64,000 nucleotides of DNA from a bacterium (GTDB taxonomy: Bacteria > UBA8248). The notes beneath the pieces are model-generated. The model did not search any database and was not told the DNA's origin. It was given only the letters and a program-made list of their open reading frames with translations. The stretch covers positions 1 through 64,000 of the forward strand of contig CBDBZY010000058.1 of NCBI GenBank assembly GCA_965213685.1, given 5' to 3'. This document shows, one piece after another, positions 50,283 through 62,544 of the stretch. The first letter of the stretch is position 1. Each line of letters starts with the position of its first letter. Position numbers and translations under genes: made by a program.

Positions 50283-51403
50283 GCCGCCTGTCCTCCCCGG
50301 TCGCCGACTTCATCTCCGTCACCGGGTTTTCCGGCCTGGCGGCGGGCGACGTCCTCATGCTCGGAATCTCCTGCCTCCTCCTCTACCTGGCCATACGAAA
50401 AGGCTTCGAACCCTTGCTCCTCGTGCCCATCGGATTCGGGATGCTGCTCTCCAACCTGCCCGAAACCGGCATTTTCGATGGCGGCGGCCTCATCCGCTAC
50501 TTCTATTTCGGGGTGAAGGCCGGCGTGTTTCCGCCGTTGATCTTCATGGGCATCGGCGCGCTGACGGACTTCGGCCCCCTGCTGGCCAACCCCAGGACGC
50601 TGCTCCTCGGCGCCGCCGCGCAGTTCGGCATCTTCGCCACGCTGCTCGGCAGCATCTTCCTGGGGTTCAGCCTGCCGGAGGCCGGCGCCATCGGCATCAT
50701 CGGCGGCGCGGACGGCCCCACGGCCATCTACACCGCCTCGAAACTCGCGCCCCACCTGCTGGGGCCCATCGCCGTGGCCGCCTACAGCTATATGGCGCTC
50801 GTCCCCATGATACAGCCTCCCATCATGCGGGCGCTCACCACGGAAGAGGAACGCGGGCGCGGAATGACGCAGCTCAAGGAGGTCGAGAAATCCGTTCGCA
50901 TCCTTTTCCCCATCGTCACGACGCTGCTCACGGGACTCCTCCTTCCATCCTCAGCCCCCCTCATCGGGATGCTCATGCTCGGAAACCTCTTCCGCGAGTG
51001 CGGCGTCGTCGAGCGTCTCCTCAAAACCTCCGAGGACGCGCTGCTCAACATGGTGACCATATTCCTCGGCGTGTCCGTGGGCGCCTCGATGACGGCCGAG
51101 AGCTTCCTGAAATGGGAGACCATCGGGATACTCCTGCTGGGATTCGTCGCCTTCGGCATCGGCACCGCCACCGGCGTGATTTTCGGCAAAATCATGGCGG
51201 CGTGCAGCCGCACGCCGATCAACCCCCTCATCGGCGCCGCGGGCGTGAGCGCGGTCCCCATGGCGGCGCGCGTCGTTCAAAAGGTGGGGGCCGACGAGAA
51301 CCCCGGGAATTTCCTGCTCATGCACGCCATGGGCCCCAACGTGGCCGGCGTCATCGGCTCGGCCATCGCGGCCGGCGTGCTGATATCCCTCATCCGAACC
51401 TGA
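50279..51403 (+). CDS. mmdB: Na+-transporting decarboxylase beta subunit (OadB/MmdB/GcdB family)
   Basis: [66 protein letters not shown]. Confidence 0.95.
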   Translation: MSRLSSPVADFISVTGFSGLAAGDVLMLGISCLLLYLAIRKGFEPLLLVPIGFGMLLSNLPETGIFDGGGLIRYFYFGVKAGVFPPLIFMGIGALTDFGPLLANPRTLLLGAAAQFGIFATLLGSIFLGFSLPEAGAIGIIGGADGPTAIYTASKLAPHLLGPIAVAAYSYMALVPMIQPPIMRALTTEEERGRGMTQLKEVEKSVRILFPIVTTLLTGLLLPSSAPLIGMLMLGNLFRECGVVERLLKTSEDALLNMVTIFLGVSVGASMTAESFLKWETIGILLLGFVAFGIGTATGVIFGKIMAACSRTPINPLIGAAGVSAVPMAARVVQKVGADENPGNFLLMHAMGPNVAGVIGSAIAAGVLISLIRT

Positions 51404-51418
51404 TGGAGCGAAACCCTC

Positions 51419-52609
51419 ATGGCTGGACCATTGGAAGGCATCCGGGTAGTCGACCTGACGCGCATCTTGGCGGGTCCGTATTGCACCATGATGCTGGGCG
51501 ACATGGGCGCTGAAATCATCAAGATCGAAAACCCCGACGGCGGAGACGACACGCGAGGCTGGGGCCCCCCCTTCCTGAACGGCGTGAGCACATACTTCCT
51601 CTCCATCAACCGGAACAAAAAGAGCCTCACGCTCAACCTCAAGCATCCGCGCGGGAAGGCGCTTTTGCGGGACCTGATTCTCGAAAGCGACGTCATGGTG
51701 GAGAATTTCCGGCCCGGCACCCTGGAGAAACTCGGCTTCCCCTGGGAGGAGATCCACCGCATCAACCCCCGGATGATATTCGCCTCGGTCTCCGGCTTCG
51801 GGCAAACCGGCCCCCGCAAGAACGAGCCCGGCTTCGACGTCGTCATCCAGGGCGAGGGCGGGCTCATGAGCATGACGGGAGAACCGGACGGCCCGCCCAC
51901 CAAGGCGGGCCCATCCATCGCGGACATCACGGCGGGGATGCTCGCCGCCCAGGGCGTCTTGCTCTCCCTCTATCACCGGGAGAAGACGGGGGCGGGCCAG
52001 ATGGTCGACGTCGGCATGCTCGACGGGCAGGTGGCTCTGCTCACCTACCACGCGAACGGCTACTTCGCCACCGGAAAAACCCCGCCGAGGCGGGGGAACA
52101 AGCATCCCTCCATCACCCCGTATGAGACGTACTCGTGCAGGGACGGGTATTTCAACCTCGGCGTGGGGAACGACAGCCTGTGGAGGAGATTCTGCGACGC
52201 GATGGGGCTGGGGAGCCTCAAGGCCGACCCCAGATTCGCCATCAACAAGGAGCGCGTGCGCCACCGCGAGGCGCTCCAGGCGATACTCGACCCCTTTTTC
52301 GCCGAAAAAACGGTCGCGCAGACGCTCGAAACCCTGCGGGGGGCGGGCATCCCCTGCGGCCCCATCAACACCCTCGGCCAGGTGCTGAACGAACCGCAGG
52401 TGCTCGCCAGGGAGATGGTGGTGGACCTCGACGTGCCCGTCGCCGGCCCCACGAAGGTGACCGGCGTGCCCATCAAGCTCTCCGCAACCCCGGGCGCCGT
52501 GCGCACCCCCCCGCCCACCCTCGGCGGACACACGGACGAGGTGCTGGAGGCCATCCTCGGAATGGATGAAACCCAAAGGTGCGCCCTCCGCCGGGAGGGC
52601 GTGGTGTGA
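51419..52609 (+). CDS. Family III (CaiB/BaiF) CoA-transferase
   Basis: LEGIRVVDLTRILAGPY, GAEIIKIE, NRNKKS, ENFRPG, catalytic Asp in SIADITAG. Confidence 0.93.
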   Translation: MAGPLEGIRVVDLTRILAGPYCTMMLGDMGAEIIKIENPDGGDDTRGWGPPFLNGVSTYFLSINRNKKSLTLNLKHPRGKALLRDLILESDVMVENFRPGTLEKLGFPWEEIHRINPRMIFASVSGFGQTGPRKNEPGFDVVIQGEGGLMSMTGEPDGPPTKAGPSIADITAGMLAAQGVLLSLYHREKTGAGQMVDVGMLDGQVALLTYHANGYFATGKTPPRRGNKHPSITPYETYSCRDGYFNLGVGNDSLWRRFCDAMGLGSLKADPRFAINKERVRHREALQAILDPFFAEKTVAQTLETLRGAGIPCGPINTLGQVLNEPQVLAREMVVDLDVPVAGPTKVTGVPIKLSATPGAVRTPPPTLGGHTDEVLEAILGMDETQRCALRREGVV

Positions 52610-52775
52610 TGATGACGGGGGCGGACTCTGATGAAATCCCCCCAAAGGGCGCAAGCCCTTCTCATCGCGCACGGGGGACCTTAAGGTTTGACGGGGGCGG
52701 ACTGGGAGAGAGGCGGAAATTCTACCTCGTCGGGCACTCGGGGGCCCGGGCAAGCGGGGTCCGGGGACTTCTGAC

Positions 52776-53444
52776 ATGCGCATACCAGGCGTTCAGATAG
52801 AAAAACCCAAGTCGCTGAGCATGATGGTGTCAGAGCAGATAAAGGACGCCATCCGGAACGGCATCTTTCAGCCGGGCGACAAGCTCATCGAGACGGCACT
52901 GACCGATTCCATGGGCGTGAGCAGAACGCCGCTTCGGGAAGCCTTTCGCGAACTCGCGGCGGAAGGCTACATCACCATCATCCCCCACAAAGGGGCGTTT
53001 GTCAGCCAGGTGAGCGAGGACGAGGTGCTGGACATCTACGCCATCACCAGCGTGCTGGAGGGCCTCGCCACGCGCCTCGCCACCCCGAGCCTCCAGAGGG
53101 GGGAGCCGAGGGAGAAGCTCCTCCAGCTCTTTCATCAACTCAAACGACGCCACGAGCGCGGCGAGGTGGATTCGTACTGGGCGGCGAATCGCGACTTCCA
53201 CCAGCACATCACGAACGCTTGCGAGAACTCCAGGCTCCAGGGACTCATCGAGAATCTCCGGCAGCAAATCATGAAGACCCGCGTGGTGACCCTCCACGCC
53301 CCCGGGCGCCTGGACAGCTCCATGAGCGAGCATGAGGAAATACTTCGCGCCATCCTGGGCGGCGACGGGAGAGGCGCCGAGCGTCTGGTGATAGAACATC
53401 TGGAAATTCAGGCGAAATTCGTGCTGGACCTCATCAAGCAATAA
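52776..53444 (+). CDS. GntR family regulator (FCD domain)
   Basis: wHTH GVSRTPLREA..L..EG; FCD NRDFH..N..SMSEHEEI..HL. Confidence 0.92.
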   Translation: MRIPGVQIEKPKSLSMMVSEQIKDAIRNGIFQPGDKLIETALTDSMGVSRTPLREAFRELAAEGYITIIPHKGAFVSQVSEDEVLDIYAITSVLEGLATRLATPSLQRGEPREKLLQLFHQLKRRHERGEVDSYWAANRDFHQHITNACENSRLQGLIENLRQQIMKTRVVTLHAPGRLDSSMSEHEEILRAILGGDGRGAERLVIEHLEIQAKFVLDLIKQ

Positions 53445-53491
53445 TCTCCGTCACAAACCACGCCCCCCGGCCCCCCGGCGCGGCCTCCGGC

Positions 53492-54604
53492 TCAGAACAC
53501 CTCCCGCGCGCTCCGGTGCTTCATCCGCAGGGACTCCGCCACGCCCGCGTGCGTGATGTGCCCCCTGGCCACGTTCAGGCCGTCGGCGATGTGCGGGTTG
53601 CGCATCACCGCCCCGCGCAGGCCCATGTTCGCCAGCTCGAGGGCATAGGGAAGGATGGCGTTCGACAACGCGATCGTGCTCGTCCGGGGCACGGCGCCGG
53701 GCATATTCGCGACGCCGTAGTGGATGACGCCGTCCACGACATAGGTGGGCCTGGAATGGTAGGTGGGCCGTATCGTCTCGACGCAGCCGCCCTGATCCAC
53801 CGCCACGTCCACGACGACCGCGCCCGGGTTCATCTCCCCCAGCATCTCGCGCGGCACCAGAACGGGGGGGCGCGCACCGGGAACCAGGACGGCGCCGATG
53901 ATCAAGTCCGCCTCGCGGACGGCCTCTCGGACGGCGAAGCGCGTCGACACCAGGGTCTTGACCCGGCCGTCGAAAATGTCGTCGATGTATTCGAGCCGCG
54001 CGTGGTTGATGTCAAAAACCGTGACGCCCGCGTGCATCCCGACCGCTATTTTGGCCGCGTTCTTCCCCACGATGCCCGCCCCGAGGATGACCACGTTTCC
54101 CGGGGGAACGCCCGGCGCCCCGGCCAGCAACACGCCGCGTCCGCCCAAGGTTTTCTCCAGATACTTGGCCCCCTCCTGAACCGCCATTCTCCCCGCTATC
54201 TCGCTCATGGGCTGCAGAATGGGCAAAACGCCATCGGGCGAACTCACCGTCTCAAAGGCGACGCCGGACACCCCTCCACTCACGAGGGCGCGCGCCAGAG
54301 GGCGGGAGGCGGCCAGGTGCAGGAAGGCGAACAGAATCTGCCCCTCGCGCATCAGCGAAAACTCCGATTTGAGGGGCTCCTTGACCTTGACGATCATCTC
54401 CCCCTCTTCCCAGACCTCCTCTGCGGAGGAAGCGACGCGCGCGCCCGCCCGCTCGAAATCCGCATCCGCAACGCCCGCGCCCAGGCCCGCGCCTCTCTCG
54501 ACGAGCACGGCGTGCCCGGCCGCGCAGAGTGCCTCTACGGCACCGGGCGAGAGGGCGACGCGGTATTCATCCCTTTTGATCTCTCTCGGCAGTCCGATTC
54601 TCAT
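53492..54604 (-). CDS. ald: Alanine dehydrogenase
   Basis: IGLPREIK..EYRVAL, VKVKEP, PMSEIAGR, GAGIVG, DVAVDQGGC, VANMPGAVPRTST. Confidence 0.95.
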   Translation of the reverse strand: MRIGLPREIKRDEYRVALSPGAVEALCAAGHAVLVERGAGLGAGVADADFERAGARVASSAEEVWEEGEMIVKVKEPLKSEFSLMREGQILFAFLHLAASRPLARALVSGGVSGVAFETVSSPDGVLPILQPMSEIAGRMAVQEGAKYLEKTLGGRGVLLAGAPGVPPGNVVILGAGIVGKNAAKIAVGMHAGVTVFDINHARLEYIDDIFDGRVKTLVSTRFAVREAVREADLIIGAVLVPGARPPVLVPREMLGEMNPGAVVVDVAVDQGGCVETIRPTYHSRPTYVVDGVIHYGVANMPGAVPRTSTIALSNAILPYALELANMGLRGAVMRNPHIADGLNVARGHITHAGVAESLRMKHRSAREVF

Positions 54605-55026
54605 CCAGCGCCCGTCCCGTCTTCCACCACATGAAACGTGCTCTCCGCCTCGGCGACGACCCGTCCGTCCCCCGCCCGGGTGGCTCTGCCCTCCAGAACG
54701 ACGAACCGCCCCCTTTTCTTCTTCAGCCTCCCCTCCAGCAGCAAGGGGGTGCCGACGGGCAGAGGGTCGCGGTAGCGAATCTCGCTTCGCGCCGAGTACG
54801 CGCGGGCACCTCGCAGGAAAAGCCAGTTCGCCATGACGTCATCGAGGACGCTGAAGAGAATTCCGCCATGGGTGACGCCGTCGTAGCCCTGGTGGAAGGA
54901 CTCCGGCGTGAACTCGGCGCGGCAGACATCCCCATCGAGCCGAAAGGCGATCCGCAGACCCACGGGATTCGCGGGCCCGCAGACAAAACAGCCGTCCGCG
55001 TCCGGGCGCCCCCTCGCATCAGACAA
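54601..55026 (-). CDS. PaaI family thioesterase
   Basis: CFVCGPANPVGL, HQGYDGVTHGGILFSVLDD. Confidence 0.85.
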   Translation of the reverse strand: MSDARGRPDADGCFVCGPANPVGLRIAFRLDGDVCRAEFTPESFHQGYDGVTHGGILFSVLDDVMANWLFLRGARAYSARSEIRYRDPLPVGTPLLLEGRLKKKRGRFVVLEGRATRAGDGRVVAEAESTFHVVEDGTGAG

Positions 55027-55053
55027 CGACGCGCCTCCACCTCACTGCGAGCC

Positions 55054-55085
55054 AAACAAAAAAGGAGAGCCTGCGCGGCTCTCCT
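55054..55085 (-). terminator. Rho-independent terminator after rplQ
   Basis: 9-bp stem AGGAGAGCC/GGCTCTCCT (55063-55085) followed on the minus strand by a U-rich tract. Confidence 0.75.
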
Positions 55086-55121
55086 CTCGAGCGTCTCCCA
55101 TACGCAGGGGGCCCCCTCCCC

Positions 55122-55544
55122 CTACGCCTCCCCTCGGGCCTCTCTTCTCTTGAGGCGGCGCTCCCGCCTCTCCTGCTCTCTCGACGTGTCCCTGTCCACC
55201 AATTCCAGGAGCGCCATGGGGGCGGCGTCTCCCTGTCGGGGGGGAAGGCGCAAAATCCGGGTATAGCCCCCGGGCCGGGCCGCATACCTCGGGGCGATGG
55301 TGTCCATCAGCTTCGCGACCGCGCCCGGGGTCTTGAGGTAGGACGCGACGCGGCGGCGCGCGTGCAGCGTGCCTTTTTTGCCCACGGTGATGATGCGCTC
55401 GGCGTGGCGGCGCACCTCCTTGGCCTTCGCCAGCGTCGTCCGCACCCTCTCCTCGTCAATGAGGGAGGTCACCATGTTCCGCGTCATCGCATCCCGATGC
55501 TTCGAGGTGCGCCCCAGTTTTCTGCCGTGCCATCGGTGCCGCAT
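55122..55544 (-). CDS. rplQ: 50S ribosomal protein L17
   Basis: MRHR..RKLGRTSKHR, TTLAKAKE, RPGGYTRI, RQGDAAPMA. Confidence 0.97.
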   Translation of the reverse strand: MRHRWHGRKLGRTSKHRDAMTRNMVTSLIDEERVRTTLAKAKEVRRHAERIITVGKKGTLHARRRVASYLKTPGAVAKLMDTIAPRYAARPGGYTRILRLPPRQGDAAPMALLELVDRDTSREQERRERRLKRREARGEA

Positions 55545-55555
55545 CTGTCTATGCC

Positions 55556-56575
55556 CTACCCTTCTTCGGAGTCATCCCGTCCGCCCGGCTCCCGGGGCGT
55601 GAGATGCATGTGGCCCAAATCCATTCCGAGGGACATGCCCATCCCCGTGAGAATATCACGAATTTCGTTCAAGCTCTTGCGGCCAAAGTTCCGCGTTTTC
55701 AGCAACTCGCCCTCCGATTTCTGCACCAGTTCCCCCAGGGTGCGGATTCGCGCGTTTTTCAGGCAATTATAGCTCCGGACGGAAAGCTCCAGCTCCTCCA
55801 CGCTTCTGCCGAGACTCTCCTCCATTCTTTTCTTGCGCTCGTCCACCTTGGGCGCCGGGGACGCATGCTCCTCCTCAAAATTGATGAATATCTGGAGGTT
55901 GTCCTTCAGTATTTTCGCCGCGTGGGCGACCGCATCCACCGGGACGACTGTTCCGTTCGTCTCCACGTCGAGGATCAGCTTGTCGTAGTCCGTGATGTCG
56001 CCCACCCGCGTCTTCTCCACCTGGAAGGAGCAGCGGCGGATGGGAGAGAAGATGGAGTCCATCGGGATGAACTGCGGGCCGAGGCTCAGGTCCACGTTTC
56101 TCTCCGCCGGTACGTAGCCGCGCCCGATGTTCGCCACCAGTTCCACGTCGAGCTCCGCCTCCTCGTTCATGGTGGCGATCTTCACGTCAGGAGTCAGCAC
56201 CTCCACGCCCTCGGGCGTCTCGACGTCTCCCGCCCGGAACTCGGCGGCGGAACCCGAATGCCGATACGACATGTGCGCCGGGGCCTTCTCCGGGTCCACG
56301 CGGATGACGACGTCCTTGAGGTTCAGGATGATTTCCGTCACGTCCTCCCTCACCCCCGGAATGCTCGAAAACTCGTGAAACACCCCCTCGATGCGCACGC
56401 CCGTGAAGGCGGAGCCCCGCAGGGAAGAGAGGAGCACCCGGCGAAGCGCATTCCCCAGCGTGACGCCGTACCCGCGCTCCAGGGGTTCGGCAACGAAGCG
56501 GCCGAAAGTATGCGTCAAACTCTCCGCCTGCGGCTCCAGGCCAGTGGGTTTGACCAGATCAGCAATAGCCGTCAT
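55556..56575 (-). CDS. rpoA: RNA polymerase subunit alpha
   Basis: EPLERGYGVTLGNALRRVLLSS, HEFSSIPGV, GRGYV, LSVRSYNCL, NFGRKSL. Confidence 0.97.
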   Translation of the reverse strand: MTAIADLVKPTGLEPQAESLTHTFGRFVAEPLERGYGVTLGNALRRVLLSSLRGSAFTGVRIEGVFHEFSSIPGVREDVTEIILNLKDVVIRVDPEKAPAHMSYRHSGSAAEFRAGDVETPEGVEVLTPDVKIATMNEEAELDVELVANIGRGYVPAERNVDLSLGPQFIPMDSIFSPIRRCSFQVEKTRVGDITDYDKLILDVETNGTVVPVDAVAHAAKILKDNLQIFINFEEEHASPAPKVDERKKRMEESLGRSVEELELSVRSYNCLKNARIRTLGELVQKSEGELLKTRNFGRKSLNEIRDILTGMGMSLGMDLGHMHLTPREPGGRDDSEEG

Positions 56576-56642
56576 CTCGGTTGGTCCTCCGTTCGGCGAT
56601 TGATCGCTTTTGGAAAAACGGGTCGAAACGCGCGTGCGCCGT

Positions 56643-57275
56643 TTACTTGGAATACAACTCCACAATCTGCTGCGCGTTGATGTCAATTTGAGAGTCGAGC
56701 AGGCTGGGCGGTTCCAGAACGCGCGCTTGCAGGTCGGCGTGGTCCACATCCAGCCAGGCGGGCACCCCGCGCACCTTCCCCTTCTCCGCGCTTTGCACGA
56801 TGAATCCGTTCTTTTTGCTTTTCTCCTTGACCTCGACGACGTCGCCCTTTCGCACGACGAACGCCGGGCGATTCACCTTCTTGCCGTTCACGCGAACGTG
56901 GTTGTGAACCACCAGCTGGCGCGCCTGATTCCTCGAATCCGCGAAACTCGCCCGGAACACGACGTTGTCGAGCCGGGATTCCAGCAGGGCGAACAGGTTG
57001 TCGCCGGTGACGCCCTTGCGCCGCGCCGCCTCCTTGTAATACAGCCGGAACTGCTTCTCCAGCACGCCGTACACCCGGCGCGCCTTTTGCTTCTCGCGAA
57101 GCTGGAGCCCGTATTCGCTCACCTTCCCCCTCGAGCGCGCCGCGCCGTGCTGGCCGGGCGGGAAGCTGCGCTTCTCAAAAGAGCACTTGTCCCCGATGCA
57201 ACGGTCGCCCTTCAGGAAGAGCTTCGCCCCCTCCCTTCGGCAGAGCCGACAAACCGAATCCTTGTATCGCGCCAA
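56643..57275 (-). CDS. rpsD: 30S ribosomal protein S4
   Basis: [42 protein letters not shown]. Confidence 0.97.
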   Translation of the reverse strand: MARYKDSVCRLCRREGAKLFLKGDRCIGDKCSFEKRSFPPGQHGAARSRGKVSEYGLQLREKQKARRVYGVLEKQFRLYYKEAARRKGVTGDNLFALLESRLDNVVFRASFADSRNQARQLVVHNHVRVNGKKVNRPAFVVRKGDVVEVKEKSKKNGFIVQSAEKGKVRGVPAWLDVDHADLQARVLEPPSLLDSQIDINAQQIVELYSK

Positions 57276-57301
57276 AATTCAAACTCCCTCTTTGCCCTGG
57301 C

Positions 57302-57703
57302 CTAGACCCGGCGCCGCTTGCGTGGGCGACAGCCATTATGGGGAATAGGCGTTACGTCACGAATGAAACTCACCTCGAGCCCCGCCGCGGCCAGGGAGCG
57401 AATCGCCGCCTCCCGGCCGGAGCCGGGCCCGCTCACGTACACCTCCACCGAGGTGACGCCGAGGTCCAGCGCTTTTTTGGCGACGTCGGCGGCGGCCATC
57501 TGCGCGGCGAAAGGCGTGCTTTTCCGGGAACCCTTGAAGCCCTGCCCGCCAGCCGTCGACCAGCAAACCACGTTCCCGGCGGTATCGGAAATCGAGATCA
57601 TGGTGTTGTTGAACGTCGCCAGTATGTGCGCTTGGCCCTTGCCGATGGCCCTGCGCTCGCGGCGGCGCTTTCCGCCGCGTTTTCCTCTGCCCGCTTGCGC
57701 CAA
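57302..57703 (-). CDS. rpsK: 30S ribosomal protein S11
   Basis: [31 protein letters not shown]. Confidence 0.97.
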   Translation of the reverse strand: MAQAGRGKRGGKRRRERRAIGKGQAHILATFNNTMISISDTAGNVVCWSTAGGQGFKGSRKSTPFAAQMAAADVAKKALDLGVTSVEVYVSGPGSGREAAIRSLAAAGLEVSFIRDVTPIPHNGCRPRKRRRV

Positions 57704-57741
57704 TTCAAACCTCCCGCCCTGTCAGGAACAAACCGAAAAGA

Positions 57742-58116
57742 TTACTTGTCCTTTTTCCTTGCGCCCACCGTCTTGCGAGGCCCCTTCCGGGTGCGCGCGT
57801 TCGTGTGGGTTCTTTGCCCGCGCACGGGGAGGCCGCGGCGGTGCCGAAGCCCCCGGTAGGTGCCGATGTCCATGAGCCGCTTGATGTTCATGGCCACCCG
57901 GCTGCGCAGGTCGCCCTCCACCGCGTATCCGCGCTCGATAATCTCGCGCAAGGCCTGCACCTCGCCCTCGGAGAGGTCTTTCACCTTGGTGAAGACGCTG
58001 ATGTTCGCCTCCTCGACTATCTTGTTCGCGGAGGTGCGCCCAATGCCAAAGATATACGTCAACGCGATGTTGACGTTCTTGTGGTTGGGAATGTCCACTC
58101 CGGCAATGCGGGCCAT
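57742..58116 (-). CDS. rpsM: 30S ribosomal protein S13
   Basis: [33 protein letters not shown]. Confidence 0.97.
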   Translation of the reverse strand: MARIAGVDIPNHKNVNIALTYIFGIGRTSANKIVEEANISVFTKVKDLSEGEVQALREIIERGYAVEGDLRSRVAMNIKRLMDIGTYRGLRHRRGLPVRGQRTHTNARTRKGPRKTVGARKKDK

Positions 58117-58139
58117 GCGAATCCTCCTCTGTTTCCGCT

Positions 58140-58253
58140 TCAGCCTTGGCGCTGTTTGTGTTTCGGGTTCGAGCACATGACGCGCACGACCCCCTTCCGG
58201 CGGATGACCTTGCACTTGTCGCACATGGGCTTGACGGAACTTCTCACCTTCAT
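58140..58253 (-). CDS. rpmJ: 50S ribosomal protein L36
   Basis: Manual translation [37 protein letters not shown]. Confidence 0.97.
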   Translation of the reverse strand: MKVRSSVKPMCDKCKVIRRKGVVRVMCSNPKHKQRQG

Positions 58254-58286
58254 GTCCTGACTCCCGATCGCAGCCGAAAAAAACCC

Positions 58287-58574
58287 TTACTTGTAGCGGC
58301 TCGTTATCCGCCCCCTCGTCAAATCGTAGGGCGAGAGCTCCACCTTGACGTTATCCCCCGGAAGTATGCGGATGAAGTGCATCCGCATTTTCCCCGAGAT
58401 ATGGGCCAACACCCGGTGGCCCCCTTCGAGCTCGACGCGAAACATGGCGTTCGGCAGAGGCTCCACCACGATTCCGTCCACCTCGATGACGCCCTCCTTC
58501 GGAGCGCGCTCCTCGCGCTCGACCTGATCGCGCTTTCTGCGCCTCCGCCCCCCCTGACGGCGCGGTCTCCTCAT
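58287..58574 (-). CDS. infA: Translation initiation factor IF-1 (Arg-rich N-terminal extension)
   Basis: [39 protein letters not shown]. Confidence 0.95.
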   Translation of the reverse strand: MRRPRRQGGRRRRKRDQVEREERAPKEGVIEVDGIVVEPLPNAMFRVELEGGHRVLAHISGKMRMHFIRILPGDNVKVELSPYDLTRGRITSRYK

Positions 58575-59323
58575 GCCGCGAGGCTCAGAATGTCCGGGCC
58601 GTCGTCCGTGATGGCGACGGAATGCTCAAAATGCGCGGAGAGCTTCTCGTCCGCCGTGACAACCGTCCATGCGTCGCCCAAAACCTTCACCTCATGAACT
58701 CCCATGTTCAGCATGGGCTCAATCGCCAGCACCATGCCCGCCCTCAACTCCGGTCCCCTTCCGGGTTCGCCGAAATTCGGAACCTGCGGCTCCTCGTGGA
58801 GGTTCGTCCCCACCCCGTGTCCCACATAGGAGCGCACCACCGAGAAGCCGGCTCCTTCCGCATGCTTCTGCACGGCGTGGGAAATGTCCAGCAGCCGGTT
58901 GCCGGGCCGGGCCTGCTCGATCCCCTTGAAAAGCGACTCCTCGCAGCACTGCAGCAATTCCTTCGCCTCGGGGCCGACGCCCCCCACCGGGAAGGTGACC
59001 GCATGATCCCCGTAGTAGCCATACAATTTCGCCCCGACGTCCACGCTGACGATATCCCCCTCTTTCAGCTTCCTCCCGGAGGGGACTCCATGCACCACCT
59101 GCTCGTTCACCGAGGCGCATATGGTGTGCCGATAGCCCCTGTAGCCCTTGAAGGCGGGTATCGCCCCCTCTCCCCGGATGATCCGCTCCGCCAACGCATC
59201 CAGCTCCAGCGTCGAGACCCCCGGCCGGATGGCGTTCCTGAGCGCCTCCATCACGCTGATCACCACCCGGTTGCTGGCCCGCAGGCGCTCGATTTCTTTT
59301 TGCGAACGAAGGATAATAGCCAT
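58571..59323 (-). CDS. map: Methionine aminopeptidase type I
   Basis: [43 protein letters not shown]. Confidence 0.96.
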   Translation of the reverse strand: MAIILRSQKEIERLRASNRVVISVMEALRNAIRPGVSTLELDALAERIIRGEGAIPAFKGYRGYRHTICASVNEQVVHGVPSGRKLKEGDIVSVDVGAKLYGYYGDHAVTFPVGGVGPEAKELLQCCEESLFKGIEQARPGNRLLDISHAVQKHAEGAGFSVVRSYVGHGVGTNLHEEPQVPNFGEPGRGPELRAGMVLAIEPMLNMGVHEVKVLGDAWTVVTADEKLSAHFEHSVAITDDGPDILSLAA

Positions 59324-59952
59324 CAAGCGAGCACTTGGGCAATACCTGCCTCAATCCTCCCCGCGACTTCCTCGAAGCTGCCCTGGCCGTCGATCTCCGC
59401 GAGATTGCCCTTCGCGCGATAAAACGCCACCAAGGGCGCGGTATGCTCCTCATACACCTGGAGGCGGCGCATCACCGTGCTCCGCATGTCGTCCTCGCGC
59501 TGGTAGAGGTCTCCCCCGCAGGCGGAGCAAAGGGCGGTATCCATGTTGGGATACACCGCGCCGCACTTCTTGCAGGTGAGCCTCCCCGCCAGCCGCGAAA
59601 CCGCGACATCGTGCGGTATGCCCAGATAGACGACCACGTCCACGCTCTCGGCCAACACCTTTTCCAGCGCCTCTCCCTGCTCGATCGTCCTCGGGAAGCC
59701 ATCCAGGATAAAACCGTTCCGGCAATCTTCCCGGGCGATGCGCTCCTCGATAACCGACACGATGAGGTCGTCCGGCACGAGATGGCCCTGGTTGATGATG
59801 TCCTCCACCTGCTGGCCGAGCAGCGTCCTCTCCCCCACCGCCTGCCGCAACATGTCCCCCGTCGAGATTTCGGGTATCTGGAGGGACTTCGAGAGCAACA
59901 CGCCCTGCGTGCCCTTTCCCGATCCGGGAGGACCCAGAAAAATAATTCGCAT
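59323..59952 (-). CDS. adk: Adenylate kinase (zinc-LID type)
   Basis: GPPGSGKGTQ, STGDMLR, LDGFPRT, CKKC..CSAC LID, QREDD. Confidence 0.96.
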   Translation of the reverse strand: MRIIFLGPPGSGKGTQGVLLSKSLQIPEISTGDMLRQAVGERTLLGQQVEDIINQGHLVPDDLIVSVIEERIAREDCRNGFILDGFPRTIEQGEALEKVLAESVDVVVYLGIPHDVAVSRLAGRLTCKKCGAVYPNMDTALCSACGGDLYQREDDMRSTVMRRLQVYEEHTAPLVAFYRAKGNLAEIDGQGSFEEVAGRIEAGIAQVLA

Positions 59953-59960
59953 TTGCTATC

Positions 59961-61279
<1,319 letters not shown>

Positions 61280-61283
<4 letters not shown>

Positions 61284-61792
61284 GCGCTTTTATCTCCCTG
61301 CCTTGCGGGAAGAGCCACTATCTCGACGCTGCCCCCCGCCCCCTCTATCTTCTGGCGAGCCGACCGGCTGCATTTTTGCACCTGGAGGTGAAGCGCGCGA
61401 TCCACGTCGCCCTCGCCCAGCAGTTTGACGCCGTCTTTCGCCACCTTCCGCACGAGGCCGGCGGCCCGGAGGGCCGTGGCGTCCACGCGGGACTCCGGCT
61501 CGAGGACGCCCAGACGGCCCACGTTCAGCTCCGAGAACTCCTTTCGGAAGCGATTGTTGAACCCGCGCTTCGGCAAACGGCGCTGGAGCGGCATCTGCCC
61601 GCCCTCGAAGCCCACCTTCCGGCGGTAGCCCGAGCGCGACTTCTGCCCCTTGTGCCCGCGCGTGGAGGTCTTGCCCCTGTCGGAACCCGTCCCGCGCCCC
61701 ACCCGGCGCCTGGTGCGCACCGCCCCCTTCGGGGAGGACAAATCGCCCAGGCCGGTATATTCGTTCGCTGGTGTCGTGTCGTTCTCTGCCAT
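61280..61792 (-). CDS. rplO: 50S ribosomal protein L15
   Basis: [34 protein letters not shown]. Confidence 0.96.
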
Positions 61793-61806
61793 ATGAACCC
61801 GGGGCG

Positions 61807-61995
61807 CTACGCCCCCTCCTCCACTTCCACGAGGTGCTTGATCTTGAACACCATGCCGCGAATGCAGGCGTTGTCCCGCTTCACCACCGCCTGGTTGATT
61901 CGCCGGAGGCCCAAGCCCTGCAAAACGGCGCGCTGCTTGACGTTCGAGCCGGACACGCTCTTTCGCAGGGTGATCGTAATCGTATCGCCCATCAC
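61807..61995 (-). CDS. rpmD: 50S ribosomal protein L30
   Basis: [26 protein letters not shown]; position between rpsE and rplO. Confidence 0.93.
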   Translation of the reverse strand: MMGDTITITLRKSVSGSNVKQRAVLQGLGLRRINQAVVKRDNACIRGMVFKIKHLVEVEEGA

Positions 61996-62004
61996 GCCTT
62001 CCCC

Positions 62005-62544
62005 CTATTCCGCCGCGCCGCCATCTTCGGCGCCGACCCCCCTGAGCGCGAGCACGTCCTCTTTGTTGCGCAGCGCGCACAGGCCCGCCAGCGTCGCCTT
62101 GGCGGCGTTGTGCGGGTTGTTCGTGCCGATGCACTTCGTCAGTATGTCCCGCACGCCGGCGACGTCCAGCACCGCGCGCACGGGGCCGCCGGCGATGACG
62201 CCCGTGCCCCGCGCCGCGGGCTTGAGCAACACGCGGCCCGCGCCGAACCGGCCCAGCGTTTGATGGGGGATGGTCTCCTTGTCGAGCGCGACCCGGACCA
62301 TCGACTTGCGGGCCTTCTCCACGCCCTTGCGGATGGCCTCCGGCACCTCGTTCGCCTTGCCCATGCCGATGCCGACCTGGCCTTTTCTGTCGCCGACGGT
62401 CACCAGCGCGCTGAAGCTGAACCTGCGGCCGCCCTTGACCACCTTGGCCACGCGGTTCACGAAGATGACGCGGTCAATAAATTCACGCTCCTCGGGATTC
62501 GCGGCTTCCCTGCCCCGATCCCTTCTCCCTCCCCCTCGCGCCAT
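62005..62544 (-). CDS. rpsE: 30S ribosomal protein S5
   Basis: [37 protein letters not shown]. Confidence 0.97.
   Translation of the reverse strand: MARGGGRRDRGREAANPEEREFIDRVIFVNRVAKVVKGGRRFSFSALVTVGDRKGQVGIGMGKANEVPEAIRKGVEKARKSMVRVALDKETIPHQTLGRFGAGRVLLKPAARGTGVIAGGPVRAVLDVAGVRDILTKCIGTNNPHNAAKATLAGLCALRNKEDVLALRGVGAEDGGAAE

Noticed and set aside
59946-59958. Another copy of the CGCATTTGC motif
   Set aside because: Explained by the adk start codon context (CAAATGCGA on the minus strand) and lacks the paired -10 box; treated as chance
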